64,000 nt of DNA from an uncultured Methanosarcinaceae archaeon (GCA_963733675.1 CAVTET010000004.1:704001-768000), one strand, 5' to 3'. Numbered from the stretch's first letter, positions 1-11,577 are shown. The notes: generated from the letters alone by a model not told the origin. Numbers and translations are program-made.

Positions 1-1417
1 CTCTATAATCATCTCCTTTTCTATCCTGGAGATAAAAGTACTCGTATTCCGGAAAACTTATCCTTTTTCTATACGCTTCCATAGCTTCAGCTTGGCAACT
101 GTCACAGGCGTAGATCGGAACAGAAATTCCGAAAATCCTGATATCTTTTATGCTCTTATGGGCGTGGGAATCGATTGTTATATAACCTTGGCAGTTGGGA
201 CACATCCGAATTGTTTCTTCCTGAAATTCTTGAATCATATCCGTGTCATAGAAGATCTTTTTTTTTCGGCGATAAAAATCCCCATGTTTTGCTATCTCTG
301 CCTCCACAAGCCTGTCCCGATTTTTAAAGTTTTTGAGCTGGGTTGCAACGATTTCCTCCAACACCTTTCTGTCCCTGGCAGCCTGGACGAACATTCCTGG
401 CTTGTAGTCAGGTTCTATGACACAGGAGTAGTCAAGTCCTGCCATGGCAAGGATTATGCCGGTGTTCAAATATGGCAATGCACTCTGGATTGCATAGCCT
501 CCTTCAAGCACCGCTATGTCAGGAGCAAGTTTTTCGTTTAATTTTGCATATCCCTGTGCAGAAAAGCGCATATTTGCAAGAGGGTCTGTATAATGATTGT
601 CCTGTCCTGCAGAATTAAGTACAATTTCTGGCTTGAAATCGTCAAGAATTGGCAGTACAAGGGAATCAAGTACATAGAGGATACCTTCATCTGGAGTTGC
701 GGGAGGTAAAGGAATATTGATTGTTTTTCCAAGAGCCTGTGGGCCCCCGAGTTCATTTATGAAACCTGATCCAGGATAAAGTGTCCTTCCATCCTGGTGA
801 AAAGAGATAAAAAGCACATCAGGATCGTTATAAAAAATCTCCTGTGTCCCATCCCCGTGGTGAACGTCGGTATCTACGATTGCAATTCTACGGATCCCAT
901 ATTTTTTTCTCAGGTATTCGACCAAAATAGCTTCGTTATTGATATTACAAAAACCCCGGTTTCCATGCACTACTGTCATTGCATGGTGACCAGGCGGGCG
1001 GACAAGGGCAAAAGCATTTTTGATCTCTCCTGTCATCAGAGCGTCTGCAAGAACCAGGCAACTACCTGCAGCTATCAGGTGAGGGATTGTAGCCTGGGTC
1101 TTTATATCAGGAACACAGATGTGGACCCTGGCAATATCTCTGTAATCTGCAAGGCGAGGTTTATATTCGGCTACTTCATGAAGGTCCATAATTCCTTCTT
1201 CGAAAATCTGATCCCTGGTATAAAGGAGACGTTCTTCTCTTTCAGGGTGAGTTGGAGAAATAGCCCAATCGAAAGCAGGGAAAAAAACAATGCCTGTTTT
1301 TTCTGCTTTAGTACGGTCTGCTGGAGACAAAAATTCCTTTTCAAGCCTCTGCTCGATTCCTTTTAGATCTATTTGAATTCTCCCTATCGCTTCAGACTTT
1401 TTTTCATGATTTTCCAT
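1..1417 (-). CDS. Histone deacetylase / acetylpolyamine amidohydrolase family protein (3' end runs off window; start uncertain, TTG options up to ~1525)
   Basis: Manual minus-strand translation gives RPPGHHA..NRGFCNINN, VDTDVHHGDGTQEIF, SAGQDNHYTDPL and LEGGY motifs. Absent from the ORF track because the stop lies outside the window. Confidence 0.9.
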   Translation of the reverse strand, partial: MENHEKKSEAIGRIQIDLKGIEQRLEKEFLSPADRTKAEKTGIVFFPAFDWAISPTHPEREERLLYTRDQIFEEGIMDLHEVAEYKPRLADYRDIARVHICVPDIKTQATIPHLIAAGSCLVLADALMTGEIKNAFALVRPPGHHAMTVVHGNRGFCNINNEAILVEYLRKKYGIRRIAIVDTDVHHGDGTQEIFYNDPDVLFISFHQDGRTLYPGSGFINELGGPQALGKTINIPLPPATPDEGILYVLDSLVLPILDDFKPEIVLNSAGQDNHYTDPLANMRFSAQGYAKLNEKLAPDIAVLEGGYAIQSALPYLNTGIILAMAGLDYSCVIEPDYKPGMFVQAARDRKVLEEIVATQLKNFKNRDRLVEAEIAKHGDFYRRKKKIFYDTDMIQEFQEETIRMCPNCQGYITIDSHAHKSIKDIRIFGISVPIYACDSCQAEAMEAYRKRISFPEYEYFYLQDRKGDDYR

Positions 1418-1536
1418 TTTCTGGGTTTTTGATTTGTTTGCTTGCCTTTCCACTGTTGACCGATCTGTTTTATCCCATCTAATATCTTTTTCAGTTTCAC
1501 TTTTCAATATATCCTTAATCTTTCCAAGCCCTAACT

Positions 1537-3249
1537 TCATTCTTTACCCCTCCGTTTCCATTCTGGTATCAGGCCTGCCGGAATCTGCATTTTCACATCA
1601 AAAAGTCTCCCCACGGTGTTCCAACCACTGACGACGTTAAAAACTTCACTATTAACAACCTCAGCTTCGCTCGCATAATCTGAAATTCCAAATTTTTCTA
1701 AACGTTTCCGAAAAAGTTTTGCAGCAAGTACTTCAGCTTCATCTAAACTTATTTTGTTGAAATTGACGATACTTGTTACGTCAAAGCTAATAATTTCTCC
1801 CTCTTCAGCGACTGAATATATTTTTTGCTCAGTATCTATATGAAGGTTTAAAGTAAGCGTAGGCCTTGCAACAGCTACTCCTATAGCGTTGCCCACTTCT
1901 GCATAATCAGGAATAAAAGATTTTGCACCAAGTTTTTCTGCAATTTCTTTGATAAGACTTCTTGCCCCCCCTCCTATTCCTACCACTCTTTGTGGCTTTG
2001 CTTTCTTCTCTTGCAGAACTTCCCATATATTGTAAGCAGGCTCCTGTTTCCATTCAAAGAACATATCATTGACTGCTTCAACAATCATTTGCGTTGTTTT
2101 ATCTACTATAATGGATGCGGTTTCAATTTCGGATTTTCCAAGTCTGGATGCTGTGGATGTAATTGCTTCTCTTGCTTGTTTGAGATCTCCAATCTCAATA
2201 AGCCCTAGAACTCTCAGGGCATCAGTTGGGGTAGTCTTATCCCCACCCATACAGTAAGCAGGCCCGGCCCTATCAGGGCCGATAGTGATCATATTTGTAC
2301 CGTTTTTTGAATCCACTACTCTAACAACACTGTCTCCTCCAACAGCTATAGATCGGACTGCAAAAGACCTGACATGTGTTAAGAAGCCTCCAATTTTTGC
2401 GCCTTTAGAAGCAAAAAGGGGTTTTCCTGAAAGGATCAACGCAAGGTCTGTAGTAGTTCCTCCGATGTCCACTACCACGGATGTCTCCCCCTCAGGGCTA
2501 AGGGCAAGGGCCCCGATCATGCTAGCAGCAGGGCCCGAAAAGATAGTTTCTACAGGGAACTCGATTGATTTTTCAATTGGGAGAGCTCCTCCGTCGGCTT
2601 TAAGGATATATACTGGGGCTTTGATATTTCTTTCCTCAAGAGCTGTTATAACGTCCTCAACAAATTTCTGATAACGTGCTCTGGTTGAGGATGTAAGCAT
2701 TGCAGTTGCGATTCGTCTTGGGAAGTTCAGTTTTCCTGAAACTTTATGTCCGAGTTCCAGTTTGCAGTCCGGATATATTTCTTTGAAGATTTCCTCAATC
2801 ACATGTTCATGAAAGGGGTTCCTCTGCCCGAATTTGCTTACAACAGCTGCCCTGGAAAATCCTAATTTCCGGATCAAGTTCACTGTTTTTCGAGCCTCAG
2901 CTGCATCTAGAGCCTGAATTTCTCTTCCCCTATAATCTATAGCCCCTTTGAGATAAAAGCTGTCAGAAAAAGAATAACTTGCAGGGTTAATACCAGGTCC
3001 TGGAATTAGTACTAGAGCCACTCGATCAGTTTTACCCTCCGCGATGAGATTTGTTATCACCGTAGTGCTGAATACCACCCTTTCTAACTGCTCGGGGAAG
3101 ATATCTCTGCTGATCGCATCAAGAGCTTCCAGCAGGGAGTTTAGAATATTTTCTGACTCAGTGGAAACCTTAGCAGTACTGCATACTTCTCCATTCCGGA
3201 TAAGCACAGCATCCGTGGTGGTGCCTCCTACATCAATTCCTATTAACAT
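1537..3249 (-). CDS. Hydantoinase/oxoprolinase (A-subunit-like, ASKHA fold) family protein
   Basis: 570 aa; IGIDVGGTTTD, SGPAAS, VDIGGTTTD, GPDRAGP and TPTDA motifs. Confidence 0.9.
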   Translation of the reverse strand: MLIGIDVGGTTTDAVLIRNGEVCSTAKVSTESENILNSLLEALDAISRDIFPEQLERVVFSTTVITNLIAEGKTDRVALVLIPGPGINPASYSFSDSFYLKGAIDYRGREIQALDAAEARKTVNLIRKLGFSRAAVVSKFGQRNPFHEHVIEEIFKEIYPDCKLELGHKVSGKLNFPRRIATAMLTSSTRARYQKFVEDVITALEERNIKAPVYILKADGGALPIEKSIEFPVETIFSGPAASMIGALALSPEGETSVVVDIGGTTTDLALILSGKPLFASKGAKIGGFLTHVRSFAVRSIAVGGDSVVRVVDSKNGTNMITIGPDRAGPAYCMGGDKTTPTDALRVLGLIEIGDLKQAREAITSTASRLGKSEIETASIIVDKTTQMIVEAVNDMFFEWKQEPAYNIWEVLQEKKAKPQRVVGIGGGARSLIKEIAEKLGAKSFIPDYAEVGNAIGVAVARPTLTLNLHIDTEQKIYSVAEEGEIISFDVTSIVNFNKISLDEAEVLAAKLFRKRLEKFGISDYASEAEVVNSEVFNVVSGWNTVGRLFDVKMQIPAGLIPEWKRRGKE

Positions 3250-3429
3250 TCACAATTCGCCTTTCCTCACCTGAATTTTTCGTCAAAATAAGACAAAGTA
3301 AAGTCTTTAATATGTCTGGATATAAGATCATCCTTGACCGTAAGAGCTCTGGAAAAACTGCTCTTGCACAGCAATTTTCTCAAAATTACAAAAGCAATAT
3401 ATTATTTGTTCATTATTGAAACAAATAAT

Positions 3430-5017
3430 GAATATGGAATTACTAAGTAAATGTTCTACATTTTTAAATATGGAATCAAGCTCATATTTGTAAATAAAAC
3501 TATTGCTGAGGCATATGGGGCTCCCGAAGAGGACGTTAAAAAAGGTACTCAAGTGGAGGTAGATCTTGGGGATGTTGTGTTTGAATTGAACAAAGGAGAA
3601 GGCATCTCCCTGACAATTGAAGGTGTCCTCAGAAGGCTCAGAAAGTTAAAAAGAGTATCATGGAGACGGAAGTCACGAATCAAAAAATCAGGATCCTTTC
3701 TGAGATCTTGCAGCGGGCCAATCCTAAAGAAGGGAAATATATACTTAGAATCATTATTGGAAAGCTTAGGCTGGGATTTGGAGACCAGTTTTTGCTCTAA
3801 GAATTTTCTATTGCCTTTCTCGGAGACAAAAAGTATCTAGGAAAAATCAAAGAAAGCTACAGCATCTGCACTGGTATTGGGAGCTTGCAGAAGCTTTTGT
3901 CGAATATGGCTCCCAGGCTCTTGGATATTTTTCCATAAAATTGGGTAGACCTGTAAGTTAATGCTTGCTTAGCGAGTTGAAAATTTCGAAAAACTCGAAG
4001 AAAGAGTTCCAGGGAAAAAGGCGGCTGAAGAAAAATATGATAGAGAGGTTACAGATCCATATAAACGGAAACGAGATCCAAGCCTTTTCTCGAAGACTGG
4101 AAAATATAACTTTCCAATATCTTGATCCCATCGAAGCTATTAGAAAAAGTGTTCTTGTAGACAGAATCGTGCTTGATGGGGAAATAGTTGCATATATTGA
4201 GGGCAAAAAAAGAAATGAAAGAATAAAATAATTATATTCATTCCAAAAACTGATGCAAAGGCGAAGAAAATGCGAAATTGAAAATACATGGAACTATGCC
4301 CCGTAGATGTCTTCTTTTTCGACATTTTTTATCTGGAAGGAAAACCTCTCTTGAAAAAATCCTACTCAATGAAAAGAACTCTTCTTGAAAAGTATGTAAA
4401 GGAATCAGGAGTAGTTAACTTAGTTAGGAGAATTGTCACTGAAAACCTTGAAGAAATCGAGGACTTTTTAATGAAACCCTGGGAAAAAGACTTGAAGGAA
4501 TTATAATTAAAGCTATGAATAACACTTCGATCTACGAAGCCGAAAAAAGAAGCTGGCTCTGGCTCAAATGGAAAGAAAAATATGCTGAGGGAATGATGGA
4601 AACCTTTGATCCAGTAATTGTTGGAAAATATTATGGTAAGGGAGAAGGAAGAGTTCATTTGGAGGTCTCCTTTGCGTAGCCCTTAACGCAGAAAAGCAGC
4701 GTTTTGAAACCTTTACAAAAGTAGACACAGGTTTCACGGATGAGGAAGCAAAAGAAATTGACAACTTGCTTTCAGAGCACATTGTACCTGAAATCCCACA
4801 AAACTTCTTTATAAAAGTAAAATGCTTCCAGATATCTTCATAGAATCAGTTGTGGTTATTGAAGTCCTAGGTACAAAAATTACATAAAGTCCAGGACACA
4901 CGGCTGGTGCGGGAAAAAACAGGATTTGCACTGCGTTTTCCTCGCTTTTTACGTATAAGATACGATAAAGAGCTACATGATGTCACGACAGTTAGAGAGA
5001 TCTGGAATTTGAAGGGA
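3430..5017 (+). pseudogene. lig: ATP-dependent DNA ligase, heavily fragmented
   Basis: Fragments in several frames: RLQIH..IQAFSRRLENIT, LDGEIVAY, FFFDIFYLEG, and GFALRFPRFLRIRYDK (motif VI, 4922-4970). Boundaries approximate. Confidence 0.85.
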
Positions 5018-5114
5018 GGAATTTGAGGGTTTACCGGGGAACAAGAAAAAAGTAGAAGAAAATAAGTAAAAATAGAAGGGGAAAATAAAGTAAAATGAGG
5101 ACGGGGAAAAACCA

Positions 5115-6882
5115 TTGAAAAATCGCGAGATTGCTGAGCTGTTTTATAATGCTGCTGACATTCTTGAATACCAGCAGGTTGAATGGAAACCACGGGCTTA
5201 CAGGAAAGCAGCTGAGATGATAGAAAACTTTGGTGAGGATATAGAAAAACTCTATGAAAGAAGAGGTAAAGATGGGCTGATTGAAATTCCAGGTGTTGGA
5301 ATATCTATTGCCGATCATATTGCTGAGTATCTAGAAACCGGCAAGGTGGAAAAATTTAAAAAACTTAAAGGAAAAGCTCCTTCAGGAACTTCGGAATTGA
5401 TGGAAATCTGGGGACTTGGTGCAAAGAGACTGAAAAAACTTGCCGATGGCCTAGGGATAAGAACTCTTTCAGATCTCAAAAACGCAATCCTTGCTCACAA
5501 AATTCGGGAGCTCAAAGATTTCGGAGAAAGAAGCGAAGAGAATCTCTTAAAGGCAGTTGAACATTATGAAAAGAGTCACGATAGAATATCTATTGAAAAG
5601 GTACTTCCACTTGCAGAAGAACTCATTTCAGCCTTAAAAGCTGAATGTGAGAGTAAGATCTGTAAAATAGATCTCTCGAAGATAATCTGCACAGGCTCCC
5701 TTCGCAGGTTAAAAGAAACAATTAGGGATATCGATATCCTAGCTGAAGCAGAAAAAGAAGAAGCATTAAAGATAATGGATGCTTTTGTCTCCCTTCCTGA
5801 AGTTGAACAGATCATCTTGAAAGGTAGCACAAAAAGCAGTGTGATTTTGAAAGGAGGAACATCTATTGACCTGAGGGTAGTCTCGTCTGAAAGTTATGGA
5901 GCAGCTCTTCAATATTTTACAGGTTCGAAGGTGCACAACATAGAACTTAGAAATATTGCCTTCAGGAAAGGTTATAAGCTTTCAGAATATGGTCTATATT
6001 CAAAAGAGTCCGGGGAACAAATTGCAGGAAAAAGTGAAGAGTCTATTTATAAAAAGCTGGGCCTTGCCTATATACCTCCCGAGCTTCGTGAAAACAGGGG
6101 AGAAATTAAGGCTGCAGCAAAAAATACCCTCCCGAAGCTTATAGAAGCTGGAGACCTCAGAGGAGATCTCCATATGCACACAAACTATAGCGAAGGCAGA
6201 GAGGCCTTGAAACTATGATGAGAAGGCGGAATCTCTTGGCTATGAATACGTCTCCATAACCGATCGTTCTCGCTCTCAGAGAATTGCTAATGGAATGGGA
6301 ATAGAAAAATTAAAAGCCCAATGGAAAGAAATCGGTAAACTCTCAAAACGCTTCAAGATAAAAATCCTTAGAGGTTCTGAGGTTGAGATCCTTAAAGATG
6401 GAAGTTTGGACTATCCGGACGAAATCCTCAAGGAACTTGATATTGTAGTAGGAGCGGAACACTCCGGTTTTTCAGTCCCTCAAAAAAAGATGACAGAAAG
6501 GATAATTACAGCTCTGGAAAACAGGTACCTCGACATCCTTGCTCATCCTTCTGGCAGGCTCCTTGGGAAAAGGAAAGCTTATGAAGTGGATTTCGAAAAA
6601 GTTTTTGATACAGCGGTCGCAAATGGAAAAGTGATGGAAATAAACAGTCAGCCTTCCAGGCTTGACCTTAACGATGAGCTTATTCTTCCAGCAAAGGATT
6701 TGGGCTTAAAGTTTTGCATTTCCACTGACAGCCATTCTATTTTTGACCTTGCGTTCATACGATCCGGGCTTGGGCAGGCACGTTGGGGCTGGCTCGAAAA
6801 AAAGGATGTTGTGAATACATATCCATACTCCAAACTTAAGGAAGTTTTCAAAAAATTCAAACTCTGGCCTGATTCGTATTAG
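5115..6882 (+). pseudogene. polX: DNA polymerase X / PHP-domain fusion, frameshifted near 6195-6225
   Basis: AYRKAA, IPGVG HhH, GSLRR..DIDIL, YFTGSK, DLHMHT, then a PHP domain (ILAHP, EINSQPSRLDL, STDSH) in another frame. The phase change is consistent with two 1-bp deletions. Confidence 0.88.
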
Positions 6883-6999
6883 AGGACTTACGCAATTGAA
6901 TTACAAAATCAAGCCCAATAGATATTGTGATCAAATTCACTTTTTAGACAATAGAAGATTTTGATGTTATTTATTTCTCCGTTCAACTGCGTAAATCCT
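6883..6999. mobile_element. MITE-like element (~117 bp) with AGGACTTACGCA-type terminal inverted repeats
   Basis: aggacttacgcaattgaa (6883-6900) vs ttcaactgcgtaaatcct (6982-6999), 16/18 inverted match. Confidence 0.7.
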
Positions 7000-7044
7000 T
7001 TTGTTTACTCAAGAGAGTAAAAAATGCTACAGAAACATCACACA

Positions 7045-7404
7045 TCAGGACAAGTCATCTTTGACCTGGCTACACTGCAATACACTTGTCATTCCACAAT
7101 TCAAAAGACTCAATGATTTAAATATACCTTCACCTACACTTATTCCTTCTAGAGCGCATTTTTTCATCAAACGATCGTAAAGGACTTCATTTTCACTTTT
7201 AATAAAGTCGCACATTTCCGAAATAAATTCATCTGTTATAAGTGGCTCTTTTTTGTTTACCCAACTATCAATTGACTCGATCAGATATTGACGCATAGAT
7301 TTATTCTTTCCAATATCCGTAAGATTCGTAAAAGCACATTCGTCTATGCTTAAAACCCACTTACCAAGTTTATACTTAAATATATCTCCACTATCGTCTT
7401 CCAA
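7045..7404 (-). CDS. Hypothetical protein (possibly a gene fragment)
   Basis: 119-aa ORF with protein-like composition, TTG start, no recognised motif. Confidence 0.4.
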   Translation of the reverse strand: MEDDSGDIFKYKLGKWVLSIDECAFTNLTDIGKNKSMRQYLIESIDSWVNKKEPLITDEFISEMCDFIKSENEVLYDRLMKKCALEGISVGEGIFKSLSLLNCGMTSVLQCSQVKDDLS

Positions 7405-7477
7405 AAAGATCTCTCCACAATAATTAAATTCTCACAATAATTAATGGCTTCATGATATTTAAGTCATAATGGGGCTA

Positions 7478-7590
7478 TAAGCGGTAGAGGTATATAATAA
7501 AGCACAATAGCCATTATGATTGAAATTTTACATTTTGGTCAGTTAAAGGTTTAGTATTTAATGTTTTCTCTGTTCAATTGCGTAAGTCCT
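7478..7590. mobile_element. Second, degenerate copy of the same MITE
   Basis: Right end ttcaattgcgtaagtcct (7573-7590) is the exact reverse complement of 6883-6900. The internal sequence resembles 6900-6980. Confidence 0.6.
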
Positions 7591-8534
7591 AAGGAATTAA
7601 TCCAGAAATCAAAAGTGGTTAAACTCTCTGATTAGAAAATTGGCTTATTCCCATCCAGTATGTTAAACTTTTTGAACACACTTTGGCTTTTTTTCATTAA
7701 AGGTTTTTTAAAAGTATCTTAAATGGTCTATAGCTACTTTTATACATAAAAGGTAGCTTTTATTCCTTTTCGGTCATTCTTGGAAAGCCTTAAAAGCTTG
7801 CATCTGTAGTGATTTCGAGAAATGAATATGTTTTGCTATAAAAGTTTATGCATCATTATAAACAATATTAACAGAAGCTTTGTTAGTAAAACTATTGGCT
7901 TTGCATCCTAATTTTTGCAGTGAAGGAAAAGATAAAGAGTCAGTGATATTTCACGGAGCTTTAGCTACTTTATCAAAGAAAAATACGAAAGTTAAACTTA
8001 AAATTTAAAAAATAGCAATATTTTATGACAATGGTTGTTATCTTCGTAAAGTATGATATTTGTCGTTAGGCAAAAAGGAAGTCATATATCACTTCAAAAA
8101 ATCACTCTTGAAGAGACTTACAGAATAGTTGTTCCTTTATATACAAGACTTGCCAAAGGAAAACTTATTGATATTATTCATCAGACTGACGTAAGCAAAG
8201 AAAAATTAATAGATTTCTTCTAAATCTTATACAGATAGGAGTTATGTACTCGATGGATAAAATCAGATACAGGCAGCCTCATCTGAATTGTTGAAATTTA
8301 AACAACTAAGTATTATAATGTTGTTGTTTTTCAGTTCAACCTCATGGGCCCTAAAAGAGAGCAAAAATAAATGCATCGATCCCAGAGCACATACACAAAT
8401 CTGGACTTTTGAATATATAGATTTTTTTCATATCCTCTGGAATCGCGAAAGTTTATCATTAATTTCACTAACTATTGACTACAATCAATTCAAAACCCAG
8501 TAACTAATAAAAAGTCTTTAGAATCTTGTTCTAA

Positions 8535-9307
8535 TTAATTCTTGATGGCTGATAAAAGATAAGCTTTTCTGCTGCTCGGATCGAACCTCGTATCGAAAGT
8601 TGTATCTTTTATATAGATAATATTGAAAAAAGGCGTGAAAGTATGTTCTATTTCGGTTTTTGATAGTTTTATGGGTCCGTCTTCTGAGAGCTCTTTATCG
8701 GAGAAACACAGCATGAAATATTTACCGCCTGTCTTAAGCACCCTCCAGACTTGTCGCGCAAAAAAGTGCCTCTCCTCATCCATCATTGCATGAAACAAGC
8801 CAGAGTCGATGACTACATCGAACTCCCCCTCCATGAAAAGATGGTCTATCTGTAACACATTTCCGACTACAAAATTTACCTTAACATGACGCTCTATAGT
8901 CTTTGCCTTTGCGCTGGAGATCGCAGCTTCAGCTAGGTCTATACCTGTGACATCATAGCCGTTCATAGCTAACATTATAGCGCTTTCCCCCCTCCCACAC
9001 CCTATATCCAAAACCCGGCCAGGTATGACTCGTTGGCGTTTATAAAAGCCTGAAAAGGGGGTTGTGGGTGATCAAGGTCCCACGGCGGCACGCTCTTATA
9101 TGCTTCATCCCAGTATTTTAAAAATTCATTTGGATTCTTTTTTCTGGCCTCTCTAAATAAGTTTTCTTTCGATTGAAATTTTTGTAATAGAGTCATTTCG
9201 GTAACATTTGCCTCTTGTGCGATTCTGCGTGTAGTTGCATCCGCATATCCTTCGCTAATTAATACCTTTAAAGCGGCATCCAAAATTTTTTCTTCTGTAT
9301 CTGGCAT
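8535..9307 (-). pseudogene. TetR-type HTH fused to class I SAM-dependent methyltransferase; one frameshift at ~9030
   Basis: N-term EEKILDAALKVLISEGYADATTRRIAQEANVTEMTL (TetR HTH), then WDEAY..PPWD..PQP. After a 1-bp shift: PGRVLDIGCGRG, VTGIDL, FDVVIDSGLFH, LKTGG. Confidence 0.8.
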
Positions 9308-10053
9308 GATAGTAAAATCACTCTTTTCAACTATTTATGTTTCACTTTATTTACAACCTATTTTTAGGTTGTATTTAATTACTATGAGAGTGCTAAGGAG
9401 AATGAATACTGAGAATTTTTAACAATCTAGGGTCACCAACCTACCATTGATCTCACTGGCAATTGACTGCAATCAATCAGGAACTCAAAATAAAAAAAAT
9501 TGTAACTATTTAGTGAACAGCATAGCGAAAATTCTGCAAATTCTAACTGACTCTGTACCTTTTTTCCATCATAAAAAACTGGATTTGTCGTTTTTGCCCA
9601 TTTATAGGTTTTGCTATAAATCTATGCATGTACTGAAGAGACAAGGGTTAAGATAGTAATGGGGTGGCTAGGTAATTGAATAGGGTAAAAAGTGAAGAAG
9701 AAGGTTTAACGAATTACTAAACTTGTATCCATCAAACTCTGTATAAGCTCATCCATCATTACATTGTTGATATTTTCATGATAAGTTTTCATTGTAATGA
9801 ACGCTTGCATTTTTATGCATCGAAGCACATGTCTTTGTAGCACCAAGACGGAATTTTGGAACAGAGGCAAGAAATAAATGTATATATATAAAACGTCGAT
9901 TTTGAATCTATATATACACCATGTAGCTTAATCTAATTTAATAGTCACTGTAAAAGTTTCAAATTTTAAATGAGTTTATTTCTTATAAATTTCATGCTTT
10001 GTTATCGAAATCCTTTACCATGACTAATGGTAATATTATTGACATTGTTTCAA

Positions 10054-10362
10054 TTATTTACTTGAAGAATTTGTCGATGTTGATGATGTTTCTGGGAATA
10101 TAGCCACTCCTGCTAAATTTGGACTTGGAGCTGCAGGTGCTGGAGCTGCAGGTGCTGTAGTTTGAATGGTATATGGCATTCCCGAGTATGCAGGGCAAAG
10201 CCAATTATTACCACCCACCCACATACAACCAGGACCATAGCCCCAGCCACCATGACCGCCTCCATGTGCACTAGCTGTCACTGCTGTCAACGATACTACA
10301 AAAAGTACTGTTAGCAAAATAGCAAATACCTTTTTCATTTCACTATATGATTGTTTCAACAT
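10054..10362 (-). CDS. Small secreted Gly/Pro-rich protein (likely start 10338)
   Basis: MKKVFAILLTVLFVVSLTAVTASA signal peptide, then HGGGHGGWGYG and PAAPAP. AAGGAGTG RBS-like sequence upstream. Confidence 0.65.
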   Translation of the reverse strand: MLKQSYSEMKKVFAILLTVLFVVSLTAVTASAHGGGHGGWGYGPGCMWVGGNNWLCPAYSGMPYTIQTTAPAAPAPAAPSPNLAGVAIFPETSSTSTNSSSK

Positions 10363-10720
10363 TTATTTCACTCCTTTATATTTTGTCTAATCAATAGCAA
10401 GTTAAAACATAGAAGATTTTAACAAACCTCTGATTTCAACAAATTACGCATATTGCCGGTAATGTAGTGGATATTCAATCATATTTATCATTTTCTATTT
10501 GAAATGCAGACGATTGAATCGTATCTAGATATACCGCATCAAAAACTAGATAGTGTACCTACAATTCTGTAAATTGTTATTGATTCGGTGTCTTTTTCTT
10601 CCCAATGAAAAACAAGAATTAATCCGCCTGTTAGCAAAAAGAGTTGAAGATTCCGGGAAAAATAAGCTTTAAAGCATCGGGTTGATTATCTCACTAACTA
10701 CACAAACAATAGTTTATTGT

Positions 10721-11577
10721 GGTTCCGTTGCAAAAAATCCTTTCTAATGATACAATAGATTAAAAAGAAAACCAAAGACAGTAATATGCTATCTATATTC
10801 CTTTAAGTGGAAACATTACGAAGGAGAAATTATCCTATTAAATGTAAGATGGTACCTAAAATATCCATTGAGCTATAGAAATTTAAAGGAAATGATGATA
10901 GAAAGGGGAATTCAAGTTGATCACAGTACTATAATGAGATGGGTGCATCAATATTCCCCTGAAATAGAACAGAAGATAAGAAGACATTTAAGACCAACAA
11001 ATGATTCGTGGAGAGTTGATGAAACCTATATCAAAATAAAAGGTAAATGGAAATATTTTTACCGAGCAGTTGACTAAGATGGCGACACAATTGAATTCAT
11101 GTTAAGTTCAAAACGAAGTCGAAAAGCAGCAAAGCGATTCTTTAAGAAGGCTTTGAGTTCTAATCATAATCAAATTCCAAGAGTAATAACCGTTGATAAG
11201 AATCAAGCTTATACACCTGCTATAGATAAACTGAAAAACGATAAAATACTACCTAAAAACGTAGGCATTCGGCAAATCAAGTATTTGAATAACATTATGG
11301 AACAAGATCATAGATCTATAAAGCGAATCGTTAATCCAATGTTAGGATTTCAGTCTTTTCGATCTGCTAATAAGACTTTAAAAGAAATTGAAGCTATGAA
11401 TATGATTAAAAAAGGACAAGTAAATGATCTAAATTACTCTGTTTTTAATGAAGTCAAATACATTAATCAATTGTTTGATATAGTTTTATAATATTAGTAC
11501 ATTTTCCTTGAATATTTTAATTTTTATTCATTACTTATGGACTTACATATTTTTTTTGGATTTTTTGCAACGGAACC
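10721..11577 (+). mobile_element. IS6 family element, full length, transposase inactivated
   Basis: Perfect 20-bp TIRs ggttccgttgcaaaaaatcc. Transposase 10786-11491 (WRVDETYIK, ITVDKN, LNNIMEQDHR) has a +1 insertion near the start and an in-frame TAA at 11075. Confidence 0.93.

Noticed and set aside
92-1366. Plus-strand ORFs 92-541 and 797-1366
   Set aside because: Antisense shadows of the HDAC-family gene
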